Shown in pieces: positions 42,807-52,199 of a DNA stretch of 64,000 nucleotides. This DNA comes from a virus, in the IMG/VR virus record IMGVR_UViG_3300029915_000016, positions 18,613 through 82,612 of that record. The stretch is one strand, 5' to 3'. Within the stretch, counting starts at the first letter, position 1. Each line of letters opens with the position of its first letter. The position numbers and the translations under genes were made by a program. The notes under the pieces are model-generated. The model ran no database searches, had not been told where the DNA came from, and saw nothing but the letters and a program-made list of their open reading frames with translations.

Positions 42807-42890
42807 GCGGGTCTTGAGTAATTGGTTGCTCAGTGGTCCTCCAAACCACCGCCGTAAGGCATACGGGTTCGACCCCCGTGACCCGCTCCA
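42807..42890 (+). tRNA. trnG: tRNA-Gly(TCC), long variable arm
   Basis: GTGGT-ccTCCaa-ACCAC; GCCGTAAGGC arm; TCCA. Confidence 0.8.
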
Positions 42891-42893
42891 TCT

Positions 42894-43223
42894 CTAATTT
42901 AGAAAAACAGGATCAACTATATCTATTTTAGATTTAGGTTCCTGTATTTTTACCGGCTGAGGAATAATACCTTGAACTAGAACAAATATTCCTCGAAATG
43001 TCTCTCTCGTCTCAGCGCACCGCATTCCGAAAAGCTCTTCGCCAAAGTAAACTCCTGCCATATTGGAACAATGCGGATAGGACGTGCTCACGGTGTATCC
43101 TTCTCCTTCTACCCAGTAGAGGGGTTGACCGTATTCTGCAAATTCCTTTTTGTCGATGGTCACTGCTATATATGTTTGTCGTGCATCAGATATACTTAAA
43201 CCGAACGCTATTTCATTATTCAT
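42894..43223 (-). CDS. Hypothetical protein
   Basis: RBS GGAGG. Confidence 0.55.
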   Translation of the reverse strand: MNNEIAFGLSISDARQTYIAVTIDKKEFAEYGQPLYWVEGEGYTVSTSYPHCSNMAGVYFGEELFGMRCAETRETFRGIFVLVQGIIPQPVKIQEPKSKIDIVDPVFLN

Positions 43224-43396
43224 ATTTTCCTCCGTATTTGAATTGTACTCTTGGATAGGAACTAAAGCGCAGATTAGACAGAAAAATAGGACTTGTGTTT
43301 AGATAGTCCTAGCGCGTAACAATCCCAGTTGCGCAGCCGTTGTACTGTCCTCTCCACGATGGGCCAGCACCTTCCCGGTTGTCGGCCCTTTGTGTT

Positions 43397-43642
43397 TCAT
43401 AGAACCAACTCCTCTGGTAGTACCTTAACGGCATCTATGATCCTTTCCGCCTCTCTTTTGGCTACTTCAGGTGTTTCGTAAACAGGACCGCTTTCGAGTA
43501 GCACTCGTGGCCTTGAGCATCCTGACGGCGTTTTGTCGTCGAACACAATAGCAAGACAATACTTTCCATCTATGGGTCCTAAAGAAGCGCCATAGATTAG
43601 ATTCTCTGGATTGCGGATTATAAGAGCAGTCAATCGCGTCAT
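43397..43642 (-). CDS. Hypothetical protein
   Basis: TAATG overlap; RBS GGAGG. Confidence 0.55.
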   Translation of the reverse strand: MTRLTALIIRNPENLIYGASLGPIDGKYCLAIVFDDKTPSGCSRPRVLLESGPVYETPEVAKREAERIIDAVKVLPEELVL

Positions 43643-43923
43643 TATTCCTCCAAAAGTTTCCTATACTTCTCTTCTTCTTCCTTGCCGTGGATATGCAGGA
43701 TCGTGCTCATAGTTTCTTCGTAGCGTCCTGTACCGCCATCCAAAGTCTTGTCCTCATCGGCGGCTAGGACTTTCAACTCAGACGCTTTCGGTCCTAAATC
43801 CCACTCACTTACGCAGAACATCAACGTCTCTTCTCTTGTCATATCGTAGGCTATGAAGTGGTCTACAATATCGCTGAATGCTGCGTACTTCCCGTTAGGT
43901 GTCTTAACGATTCTCTGTCCCAT
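43642..43923 (-). CDS. Hypothetical phage protein
   Basis: IVKTPNGKYA.FS.IVD family motif. Confidence 0.6.
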   Translation of the reverse strand: MGQRIVKTPNGKYAAFSDIVDHFIAYDMTREETLMFCVSEWDLGPKASELKVLAADEDKTLDGGTGRYEETMSTILHIHGKEEEEKYRKLLEE

Positions 43924-44057
43924 TATTCCTCTCCCGAATTTTGTTTCCCATGCGCGTTAGGATTCCGTTGATCCTTCCTATTCTGTTCTTAATCAGTCTT
44001 TTTGACTTATATGCCGCGTATTGAGCAGAGCAAAGAGGACACTCGTTCATTGTGAGG

Positions 44058-45371
44058 TTTGTGCGAGGATACCGTCTGCTTTAGCTGACGGAGGAATCGC
44101 ATCGTCCTTTCTGTAGATTGACAATTACATCGTAACATAGTATTGTGTGAATGTGAGCATTAAACGCGCATATCGTTTTCGAGTTACCCCCACGCCTGCT
44201 CAAGAGAACATCCTTGCTCGGACGTTTGGGAGTGCGCGTTTTGCCTACAATTACATGCTTCGTCTGCGAACGGATGCATGGTTCAACGAACAGAAGAGAA
44301 TCGGCTACCATGAAACCTCCGCTATTCTGACAAAACTAAAGGATAATCCAGAATTCGAGTGGTTGAACGAAGTCAGTTGTGTTCCCGTCCAGCAATCGTT
44401 AAGGCACCTCCAAACCGCTTTTGGAAACTTCTTTGCGCACCGGAACAAGTATCCTATGTTCAAGAAGAAGGACGGAAAACAAGCTGCGGAGTACACAACT
44501 AGCGCATTCAAGTGGGATGGGAAAGAACTGAAACTGGCGAAGATGGATGAACCATTAAATATTATCTGGTCCCGTTCTATCCCTAAAGCGGCTAAGGTAA
44601 CAACTTGTACAGTGTCTAAAGACTGCTCAGGCCGATACTTTGTTTCAATGCTATGCGATGATTCAGTAAGCGCAAAGCCTGAAGTTGATGGGAAAGTTGG
44701 AATTGATCTTGGATTGACACACTTTGCAATTCTGTCCAATGGAGAAAAGATTGCATCTCCTAATACTTTCCGTAAGAACGAAGCTAGACTTGCCATACTG
44801 CAAAGGAGACTAGCAAAGAAGCATAAAGGTTCCGCCAATCGCGCAAAGGCAAAGCTGAAAGTAGCACGTATCCATGCCAAGATAGCCGATACGCGAAAAG
44901 ATTTTCTCCACAAACTCTCTACACGGCTGATAAACGAAAACCAAGTGATCTCCGTCGAGAGTCTAGCAGTAAACAACATGCAAAAGAACCATAGTCTTGC
45001 AAAGTCAATCTCCGATGCGAGTTGGTCAGAGTTTGTGAGGCAACTGGAGTACAAAGCACTTTGGTACGGACGCACTTTAATAGGAATTGATCGCTGGTAT
45101 CCATCTAGTAAACGATGCAACGATTGCGGGTATACCATCGGTTCTCTTCCGTTGAACGTTCGAGAGTGGACTTGTCCAGAGTGCGGCGTGGTCCATGATC
45201 GAGACATAAACGCAGCACGTAATATCTTGGCCGTAGGGCTTGCGGTGTCAGTCTGTGGAGAGGATGTAAGTCCCGTGTTGCTGTAAAGCGACATTGGCAG
45301 TCCTCGGTGAAGCAGAAAGTCTCAACAGTGATGTTGGGAATCCACCCTCTTTAAGGGGTGGAGGATGTCAA
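44058..45371 (+). mobile_element. IS605/IS1341-type element, tnpB only
   Basis: LE TTTGTGCGAGGATACC..CTTTAG..CGGAGGAATCGCAT; RE hairpin ending GGAGGATGTCAA. Confidence 0.8.
44147..45286 (+). CDS. tnpB: TnpB RNA-guided nuclease
   Basis: GIDLG, VESL, Zn ribbon, DRDINAA. Confidence 0.95.
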   Translation: MNVSIKRAYRFRVTPTPAQENILARTFGSARFAYNYMLRLRTDAWFNEQKRIGYHETSAILTKLKDNPEFEWLNEVSCVPVQQSLRHLQTAFGNFFAHRNKYPMFKKKDGKQAAEYTTSAFKWDGKELKLAKMDEPLNIIWSRSIPKAAKVTTCTVSKDCSGRYFVSMLCDDSVSAKPEVDGKVGIDLGLTHFAILSNGEKIASPNTFRKNEARLAILQRRLAKKHKGSANRAKAKLKVARIHAKIADTRKDFLHKLSTRLINENQVISVESLAVNNMQKNHSLAKSISDASWSEFVRQLEYKALWYGRTLIGIDRWYPSSKRCNDCGYTIGSLPLNVREWTCPECGVVHDRDINAARNILAVGLAVSVCGEDVSPVLL

Positions 45372-45927
45372 TTAGATGATTCACAGCCCGTAGAAGTATA
45401 GACCTACCCACCATCAGGTTGACTATTGTTTGGGACTTCTTTTGGATACCCCGTACCTTTTGTTGCTCGTCACAGAATTTACCGATCCATAGCCTTCTCT
45501 CATCGTCATACTTGATGATCTTTTCGTAGTCGTAATAGGCATAGGTTGGTCCAGTGTACGTGGCTCTCAGGGATGCTAGGTCTTCTAGTGTGATGGAGGC
45601 TCCATGGAACACATAGCATCTTTTCAGACCTTCTACGTCCCTAACCGTGATGTCCGTGTACCCTTTCTTGCATGTTTGCCACCAATAATCCTTGATTTTC
45701 TTGGTAGACCCATCGGCCATCTTCAACGTCAATTCTCGTCCAGCGAAGGCTTTCATGCCGCATCCGCAACTATAACCGAGAAAATCACGGAATGGGCCAT
45801 CCACTCCGATGAAACTCTTTCCGTCTTTTGGGTCTATGTCGTAGACGAACTCGATAGGACGGTTCAAAACCAGAGCTTCACCATCATTGAATTTAACAAC
45901 AGATACCACCTTGAAATCTTCGATCAT
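45322..45927 (-). CDS. Hypothetical protein; last residues supplied by IS right end
   Basis: RBS AGGAG; C-terminus runs into the RE. Confidence 0.55.
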   Translation of the reverse strand: MIEDFKVVSVVKFNDGEALVLNRPIEFVYDIDPKDGKSFIGVDGPFRDFLGYSCGCGMKAFAGRELTLKMADGSTKKIKDYWWQTCKKGYTDITVRDVEGLKRCYVFHGASITLEDLASLRATYTGPTYAYYDYEKIIKYDDERRLWIGKFCDEQQKVRGIQKKSQTIVNLMVGRSILLRAVNHLIDILHPLKRVDSQHHC

Positions 45928-45993
45928 CTAACTCTCCTATAAGAATAAGTCTGCGCTTTTGAAGAGGATAAAGCAAGAGGAAAATAAGGAATT

Positions 45994-46218
45994 TTACGCA
46001 GCTAATTTATCGAATTCAAGGCAGAACTGCTTGCACTTAAATTGCTGATCGACAATCAGGCTCTCAGGATCGTGATGAGTCATGCGGCCAAGATTCAAAT
46101 CCGGCCAATCGACGATAACTCGTCCTCTCTGGTCAAATCCATAGACAATACCGGGTTCACCGGCTACTGCGTTTGCCAGATACACACGAGAACCGGGTTG
46201 GAATATGACGCTCATCAC
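45994..46218 (-). CDS. Small SH3/KOW-like hypothetical protein
   Basis: FQPGSRV...G.V....VIVDW. Confidence 0.45.
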   Translation of the reverse strand: MMSVIFQPGSRVYLANAVAGEPGIVYGFDQRGRVIVDWPDLNLGRMTHHDPESLIVDQQFKCKQFCLEFDKLAA

Positions 46219-46374
46219 ACTTGTATATAACTATAAGCGCATTCTTTCACCTTGTCAAGTTTTATTTCACCGAATAGGACTAAAAAGCGCAGTTTCTACT
46301 CTTTAAGACAGAGGTTCGTTTTGCTCATCCACTGTTAAAGATTTAGGTGTACTATTCTATTTGAGGTCGTCCCC

Positions 46375-46923
46375 TTGGAACATCACGAAAAAGATCTATT
46401 TGAGAGAGTCCTCAAGGGCCAAGAGAAGCTGGATCATGAGCTTAAACGCGGCCTTGAGCGCATTGACCGGGACTTTGAGCACGTTAACCGCAGATTGAAC
46501 GAGATTGAGCGGGAGATCAATAAACCAAAACCAATAACCGCTTCCGTAGCAAACGTATTCACAGGAGATGTAACCATGGCAGACAATATCCTCGTTTTCA
46601 ACGTCGGTCAGACAGCTATCGACACCCTGACCCCTCGCCTAACTGATGGCGTTACACCTTCTGGTGGTGTGATTAGCAACGTCGTTGTTACCTTCAGCGA
46701 CCCATCGGCAACCGCAGTCCTTCAGCCCGACAACACGATCCTGTTTACCGGCGTTGCGGCATCTGCTGCCCCTGTAAGCGGATCTACGGCACTGACCATC
46801 ACAGACACGGACGGAGTTGTGTCCACATGGAACATCCCGTTCACGGTCCAGACCAACGCTCCTGTTCCTCCAGCGCAGTTGACGCAGAGCGTTGCGAACG
46901 TGTTCTCGACTCCAACCCCGTAA
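46375..46923 (+). CDS. Coiled-coil plus Ig-like beta protein; internal start at 46576 possible
   Basis: SVANVF occurs twice; RBS AGGAG before MADNIL; hairpin terminator near 46941. Confidence 0.55.
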   Translation: MEHHEKDLFERVLKGQEKLDHELKRGLERIDRDFEHVNRRLNEIEREINKPKPITASVANVFTGDVTMADNILVFNVGQTAIDTLTPRLTDGVTPSGGVISNVVVTFSDPSATAVLQPDNTILFTGVAASAAPVSGSTALTITDTDGVVSTWNIPFTVQTNAPVPPAQLTQSVANVFSTPTP

Positions 46924-47156
46924 TCCAAGGGAAGACAGAGACGCCCCCGGCTAACCAGTCGAGGGCGTTTCGTTTGTCGAATATTATTTCCAGTCTTTTC
47001 CAACGCATCGTGGGCAACTATTCTCGTGTTCCATGCGTCTTTTCTCTATAACCTCAGCGCATTTATCCCATTCGATCCTGTCGTCGTCGTGGCATGTCCT
47101 AGCGATTCTTACACACGCGACTTGCTGCTCAATCAAGTATTTTTCTACATTACAAC

Positions 47157-47858
47157 TCATACTACCTCCCGGAAAGCCTCTGATCTTCTGCACCCTAAAC
47201 GCTCGAAATGACCTTCCCAGTCACTCACAGGGCAGTGGTGGATAGGACATATCTCAAGGCGTGATCTTTCCTCGCGCACAGGACGCTTAACTGAGACGCG
47301 CTTTGCAGGTTTTCTATCCCTTTGTTGTACTTGTGCTTCTCCCTTTGGACGCCTCGATTCGCATAAGACTATCCCAAGACATTTCGCTTTACGCAGGACT
47401 GTGCTAGTGTCCTTACCGAGCTTCTGAGCCGCTTCCTTGGCGCTCTTGGACTGGCGTAGAACTTCGATTTTATCCTCAGTCCATTCCACGTAGGGAAGAA
47501 AATTGATCTTGAACTTTTTGGCGTGATTATAGGTAGAGTCCTTTAAAGTCCCATACTGAGTCATAAACTGCTTTGCAGTCATAGTAGGACCGCATATTTT
47601 CAAGCTCTCGACAAGAGAATCAGGCCACTGCTCACACTTATTGTCTTTACGGTTTTGGAGTCCTAATCGCTTTACTCTTTTAAGAACCCCGTTCTTATTG
47701 CGACCACCGATCTTTTCTCCGATCTTCTCAGAGGTCATCTTCCCAAGCAATTCGCGCAACAGATTATCTTCGTCCTCTGTCCATTTGTCGCACGCTCTCT
47801 TTTTAGTTATCTCAACCAATTCTTTTCCCTCTCTATCTTTGCGGGTTTGCACATCCAC
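47157..47858 (-). CDS. Myb/SANT-like repeat DNA-binding protein
   Basis: Three WT.DE..LL-type repeats. Confidence 0.6.
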   Translation of the reverse strand: MDVQTRKDREGKELVEITKKRACDKWTEDEDNLLRELLGKMTSEKIGEKIGGRNKNGVLKRVKRLGLQNRKDNKCEQWPDSLVESLKICGPTMTAKQFMTQYGTLKDSTYNHAKKFKINFLPYVEWTEDKIEVLRQSKSAKEAAQKLGKDTSTVLRKAKCLGIVLCESRRPKGEAQVQQRDRKPAKRVSVKRPVREERSRLEICPIHHCPVSDWEGHFERLGCRRSEAFREVV

Positions 47859-47981
47859 CTGTCAATCTGTTCGTGGCTGTGTTTAGTACAGAATCTTTGG
47901 TTACTTTCGTGGTTGCGATAATACCCGTTAGGGTTTACATCGCCGCAGATAGGACACACTGTCCCTCGCATTAAAGCGTCA

Positions 47982-48194
47982 TCATTCATCGAAAATCCCC
48001 TTCATTGCAGTAACCATTTTATCACCAGTTGGCATCTGGCAGTCGCGGTGCTGGAGGAGTCCGTTACTTCCTATCCGGTACTTATGCCTCTTACGGATAG
48101 GATTACCGCACAGACAGCATATACGCCGCCCTGCCGTCTGCATTCCAATGCGAAGAGATCTATTACATAGAGGGCAAATATCAGTTGTGCTCAT
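47982..48194 (-). CDS. Small Cys-rich protein
   Basis: CPLC, CCLC, HRDC. Confidence 0.5.
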   Translation of the reverse strand: MSTTDICPLCNRSLRIGMQTAGRRICCLCGNPIRKRHKYRIGSNGLLQHRDCQMPTGDKMVTAMKGIFDE

Positions 48195-48205
48195 TATTTT
48201 CTTCC

Positions 48206-48571
48206 TTACGGGACACTGTTGTAATCAATTCTAACTGATCCCTTCTTGCTGTTACAGATAAAATGGGCGGCTCCGTTGATATTCTTACCGTTAACCGAAG
48301 TCCTGTCGTCCCTATGTCCACCGCCATGACCTCTACCAGCCTCGTGCTCAAACGTAGACTCTGCCAACGCTAACTTTCCAGGACATCCCTCAACACGGCC
48401 ATAGAGACAGCATATCTTTCCTTGGCGCTCCCACATCTCACGAATCCTACGCGCATACTCATCTTTTCCAGACTTAATGAGCAAATTACAAGCCTCGCGT
48501 CCGTCTTTGAATATGCGCACAGGAACAGGAGCCTTCTTTTGATCTTTAGGTTTCGGAAACATCAGATTCAT
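48206..48571 (-). CDS. HNH-like protein
   Basis: STFEH...GGG...AHFICNSKKG. Confidence 0.6.
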   Translation of the reverse strand: MNLMFPKPKDQKKAPVPVRIFKDGREACNLLIKSGKDEYARRIREMWERQGKICCLYGRVEGCPGKLALAESTFEHEAGRGHGGGHRDDRTSVNGKNINGAAHFICNSKKGSVRIDYNSVP

Positions 48572-48575
48572 AGGT

Positions 48576-49778
48576 TTTGTGCGAGGATACCTCTTCCTTT
48601 AGGTAGCGGAGGAATCGCATTCCTTTCTCAGATTTGACAAGTCAATTGTACCACGATATACTTCAAACAGATGAAACTGGTAGCTAAAATCCGGTTGGAT
48701 TCCAACGCAGAACAAGCAAAACTTCTTCTGCGCACGTTGGAAACAGCAAACGAGTGTGCCAATTGGATGAGCCATGAAGCGTGGGAAAACAAAGTATTTA
48801 CGCCATTCTCGCTCCACAAATTTCTCTACCATGATGCTCGTGAGCGATTTCCACTCTCTGCTCAGATGGTTGTTCGACTGTTTTCCAAGGTCTGCGATGC
48901 CTACAAATTGGACAAGAAGACGGAACGTCGTTTTTCCAAGCATGGAGCCATCAGCTACGATTCTCGCATTCTGAGCTATGGAGAGAACAAGGTTAGCATT
49001 TGGACGTTGGACGGAAGAGAGCCAATCTCGTACTCGGCTGGACCGCGCCAAAAGGAATTGCTTCTCAAGCAACAAGGCGAATCGGATCTGATCTACCATC
49101 GCGGCAAGTGGTTTCTGGCTGCAACGTGCGATGTTACCGATCCCGAACCGATTGTTATTGACGACTTTCTCGGGGTTGATCTTGGCGTAGTTGAGATTGC
49201 CACCGATTCCGATGGACAATCGTTCTCTGGTTCTATGGTCAAAGGGGTTCGTTACAGATGCCGTAAACTCCGTTCTAAACTCCAAGCGGCGCAGAGCAAA
49301 TCTGCTAAACGACATTTGAAGAAACTTTCCGGCAAAGAAGCGCGTTTTGCTGCTGACGTAAACCATTGCATTGCGAAACAAATCGTTGAAAAAGCCAAAC
49401 GCACGAATCGTGGTATTGCCATTGAAGAACTTACTGGTATACGCACGAGGATTAGGGCTAGGAAACCTCAACGAACGATATTGCATTCTTGGGCATTCGC
49501 GCAGTTGGGAACATTCTTGACATATAAGGCCGTCCTTGCGGGCGTACCTTTGGTCAAGGTTGATCCTCGTAATTCTAGTCGTGAATGTTCCAAGTGTGGG
49601 CATACTAAAAAGTTGAACCGTCCTTCGCAATCCAAGTTTCGGTGCAAGTCTTGTGGTTATGAGGCAAACGCCGATTTTAACGCTGCTCTTAATATTCGGA
49701 GCAGGGCCTCAGTCAATAGGCCAATCGTAGCCTGTATTTAGAGCTACAAGCCGTCTGATTTAGCTGGCGGTATTTGAC
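48576..49778 (+). mobile_element. IS605/IS1341-type element, tnpB only
   Basis: LE similar to the 44058 element; RE CCGTC..TTTAG..GGCGG ending TTGAC. Confidence 0.75.
48671..49741 (+). CDS. tnpB: TnpB RNA-guided nuclease (different subfamily)
   Basis: GVDLG, IEEL, CSKC/CKSC, NADFNAA. Confidence 0.9.
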   Translation: MKLVAKIRLDSNAEQAKLLLRTLETANECANWMSHEAWENKVFTPFSLHKFLYHDARERFPLSAQMVVRLFSKVCDAYKLDKKTERRFSKHGAISYDSRILSYGENKVSIWTLDGREPISYSAGPRQKELLLKQQGESDLIYHRGKWFLAATCDVTDPEPIVIDDFLGVDLGVVEIATDSDGQSFSGSMVKGVRYRCRKLRSKLQAAQSKSAKRHLKKLSGKEARFAADVNHCIAKQIVEKAKRTNRGIAIEELTGIRTRIRARKPQRTILHSWAFAQLGTFLTYKAVLAGVPLVKVDPRNSSRECSKCGHTKKLNRPSQSKFRCKSCGYEANADFNAALNIRSRASVNRPIVACI

Positions 49779-50391
49779 TTGATTTCTCTTTCTCTAAATC
49801 TTCTTTGAGTTGCTTCCAGAGATGTTCCATATTGATCCTCTGCTTACCGGGGTGCCAACACGATGGCCCTTGCGCCTTAATTACGGCGTTGAGGGCGTCT
49901 ATGGCCTCTCCTACTTCGTCTGATAGTTCACCCTCATCTGCAAGATCGTCTTCCCACTCGCTTCCATCGAGTTGATGCAGGTAATGAGGCTCACATATGA
50001 CGACGTGCATCTCTGGTTCCTCTCCGCGCTTCGTGGACTCTTCCAGTTGCCAGTACATTTCGTCAAGCAACTGCTCTTTATCCCAAAAATACTTATCTCT
50101 GGAATCGTCGCAGGTTGGCGTTTCTCCGTCCCATTCCGCGATAGGAAGAGTGTAATACTTCTCGCAGTCAATCTTAGCTTGGCAGGAATCGCAACGTGTT
50201 ACTCCTTGCCGCATAACTTTTCCACATTTGCAAAACTGGTGAGTGCATCCTGACCACCGTGCCCCGTGCTCACTGCTTGGGTTATCTCCGGGGTAGAAGT
50301 GTCCTAGTCTGGATTTCCAACCCGGCATCTCAACTCGTGTAGCCGCTTCAGGACTGTCATACATCACGATCTTCTCTGTCTCTTTAATCAT
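49744..50391 (-). CDS. Hypothetical phage protein; C-terminus from IS right end
   Basis: GWKSR.G.FY..EH.ARW.GCTH motif. Confidence 0.6.
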   Translation of the reverse strand: MIKETEKIVMYDSPEAATRVEMPGWKSRLGHFYPGDNPSSEHGARWSGCTHQFCKCGKVMRQGVTRCDSCQAKIDCEKYYTLPIAEWDGETPTCDDSRDKYFWDKEQLLDEMYWQLEESTKRGEEPEMHVVICEPHYLHQLDGSEWEDDLADEGELSDEVGEAIDALNAVIKAQGPSCWHPGKQRINMEHLWKQLKEDLEKEKSSQIPPAKSDGL

Positions 50392-50404
50392 GTCACTCTC
50401 CCGG

Positions 50405-51639
50405 TTAGTACTTTTCGGATATATCCCTGAGATAGAACAATTGCTTCACGCTCACAAATCGAGCATCGTTCATTTGCATCACAAATTCTCGTTCTTTGTG
50501 AGTTAATTCATCTTGGCAAGCTGCAAGACGGTTTGTAATCCTACCAGCCTCTGCAAGCCTCTCGTCGTCAGTTAGGCTGCATTCGCTTAGGTCGTGGTAT
50601 CCCACTAAGACTCCTTCCCTTCACAGCTACCGCATACAATCCCATCGGCGAGTAGTTTCTTCACGTCGGAATCCAACTCAACGGAAACGCGATGCTGTAC
50701 CTCTTCCGTTGACCTTATTGACCCATCGTCGTTTTTATTGAATAGATTGACGGTGTGTGTAACAGAAACATATCTATTTCTCATTTTCCCGCATACGTTG
50801 CATTTGACACGAACTTTACGTTTGCGGGTGACCTGTTCAAATCGCATGGTAATCACGATTAAGACTCCTTTCCTCTGACGAATCCAGCATGTACGGCTCC
50901 TTGGATATTCTCCTCAAAATACCGTACTCGGACGTATTCCTTGATTGCGTCTGCTTCCTCTTGAGTGAGAGTCATACCGACGCTAGGCATAAAGAAAGAG
51001 GCGGTTATTAGGTCAACAATTTCTTTGCTTTCCTGATTCATTGGTTTTCCTTTCCTTCCTCCGGTAAGCGGCAGTCGATCAACCGTTTTCCCGGTTCCCA
51101 TTGATAACGTCCTGCTTCGGCACGCTCGCCTTGTAACCCGCCGCTCAATTTCTCTGATTCCTCATCGGAAATAAGAAACTGTTTCCCGGTTTTGTAAACC
51201 TCACCCGCCACATCAGCCGGATTACCATCAGCTACAGCTTTGGCACGGATAGCGCCATACAAGGCCACGATACGAACCAAATCGCACCATCTCTGCGCAA
51301 TTTGTTGATCGCCTGTAGGATGCAAATCGTTCGTCTTTGAGCGCATCAGGAGAATAAATTTCTCTGCCGCGTCCAGTTGCTCTTGAGTAAGGTCTGATCC
51401 TCTCATTTACCCTCCCTCTCTTTTGAGTCCTGTCGCGCTACGCTACGTTCGGCACACGTCACTTGCCTAATCGCGTTCTCGACACACTGCATCGCTGTCT
51501 CGTACTGACACTTTGCGGAGATATTCTTGTGGATGAATTCCTCACCGTGCGCTTGTGCTGCACATTGCCCATGTGCGCGGAGCAGGAGTCCAAGGATACT
51601 CTCGTCTGTTGTGCTCATCACGCAACCGCCTTCCAGCAA
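50405..51639 (-). other. Run of small leftward hypothetical genes (about 50405-50605, 50605-50856, 50859-51041, 51038-51406, 51403-51620)
   Basis: Overlap-coupled short ORFs with GGAG-type RBSs. Confidence 0.5.
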
Positions 51640-52199
51640 CTAATCCACCGCTGCTCGCATTTCTGAATTGAATTGAAATCCAGTCCAAACCCGCTTACCT
51701 CATCCCCACTCTGGCGCAGGCTAGGATGCTGCAAAAGTAATTCCACAGCCGAGTCCAAGTTTCCACCCCCAAACCGTACCAGCGTCTTGACCCATGGTTT
51801 TTCAGACAGCGGTGGGACTTTCAACTCTGCAATTCTTTTATCCCTGATTACCTCTGGATCGTGCCGCAAGTCGCGTAGGACTTTCAGGACTTTAGCGAGT
51901 GCATCCAGTGCCTCTTTTTCCATTCTCTCAGCTTCAGTTGGAACACCGGCCAAAACCAGCAACTCAGCCGCACTTGGCCAAAAGCGGCATTCCTTCAATG
52001 ACTTTGGGATGAGTTTTTTCACTTGCTCTGGACTCAATTCCGTCAAAAGCGTCAAAGCATAAATCCCCAACATCTGATCCGTTAGGACTCGATTGTGGGC
52101 TACACAGAGAGCCGCCATTAGAGCCTGTACCTGCCCTTGCCCGTCCGATAACGTCTTGGACAGACTGAGTGACTGTCCTTGGGTCGTTTGATCTGCCAT
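51618..52199 (-). CDS. Putative helicase loader/loader-inhibitor-like protein
   Basis: CRFWPSAAEL motif; follows initiator; RBS GGAGG. Confidence 0.55.
   Translation of the reverse strand: MADQTTQGQSLSLSKTLSDGQGQVQALMAALCVAHNRVLTDQMLGIYALTLLTELSPEQVKKLIPKSLKECRFWPSAAELLVLAGVPTEAERMEKEALDALAKVLKVLRDLRHDPEVIRDKRIAELKVPPLSEKPWVKTLVRFGGGNLDSAVELLLQHPSLRQSGDEVSGFGLDFNSIQKCEQRWISCWKAVA

Noticed and set aside
44305-45294. Long antisense ORFs to tnpB (also 48599-49630) and Ro60 (40252-41019)
   Set aside because: Shadow frames of well-supported genes.
43255-46291. Similar motif TAGGA(A)CTAAA..GCGCAG at about 43256 and 46275
   Set aside because: Only two imperfect copies; cannot be distinguished from chance by eye.
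51964-52199. Long out-of-frame overlap between initiator and loader genes
   Set aside because: The low-complexity tail is probably a run-on; no evidence of dual function.
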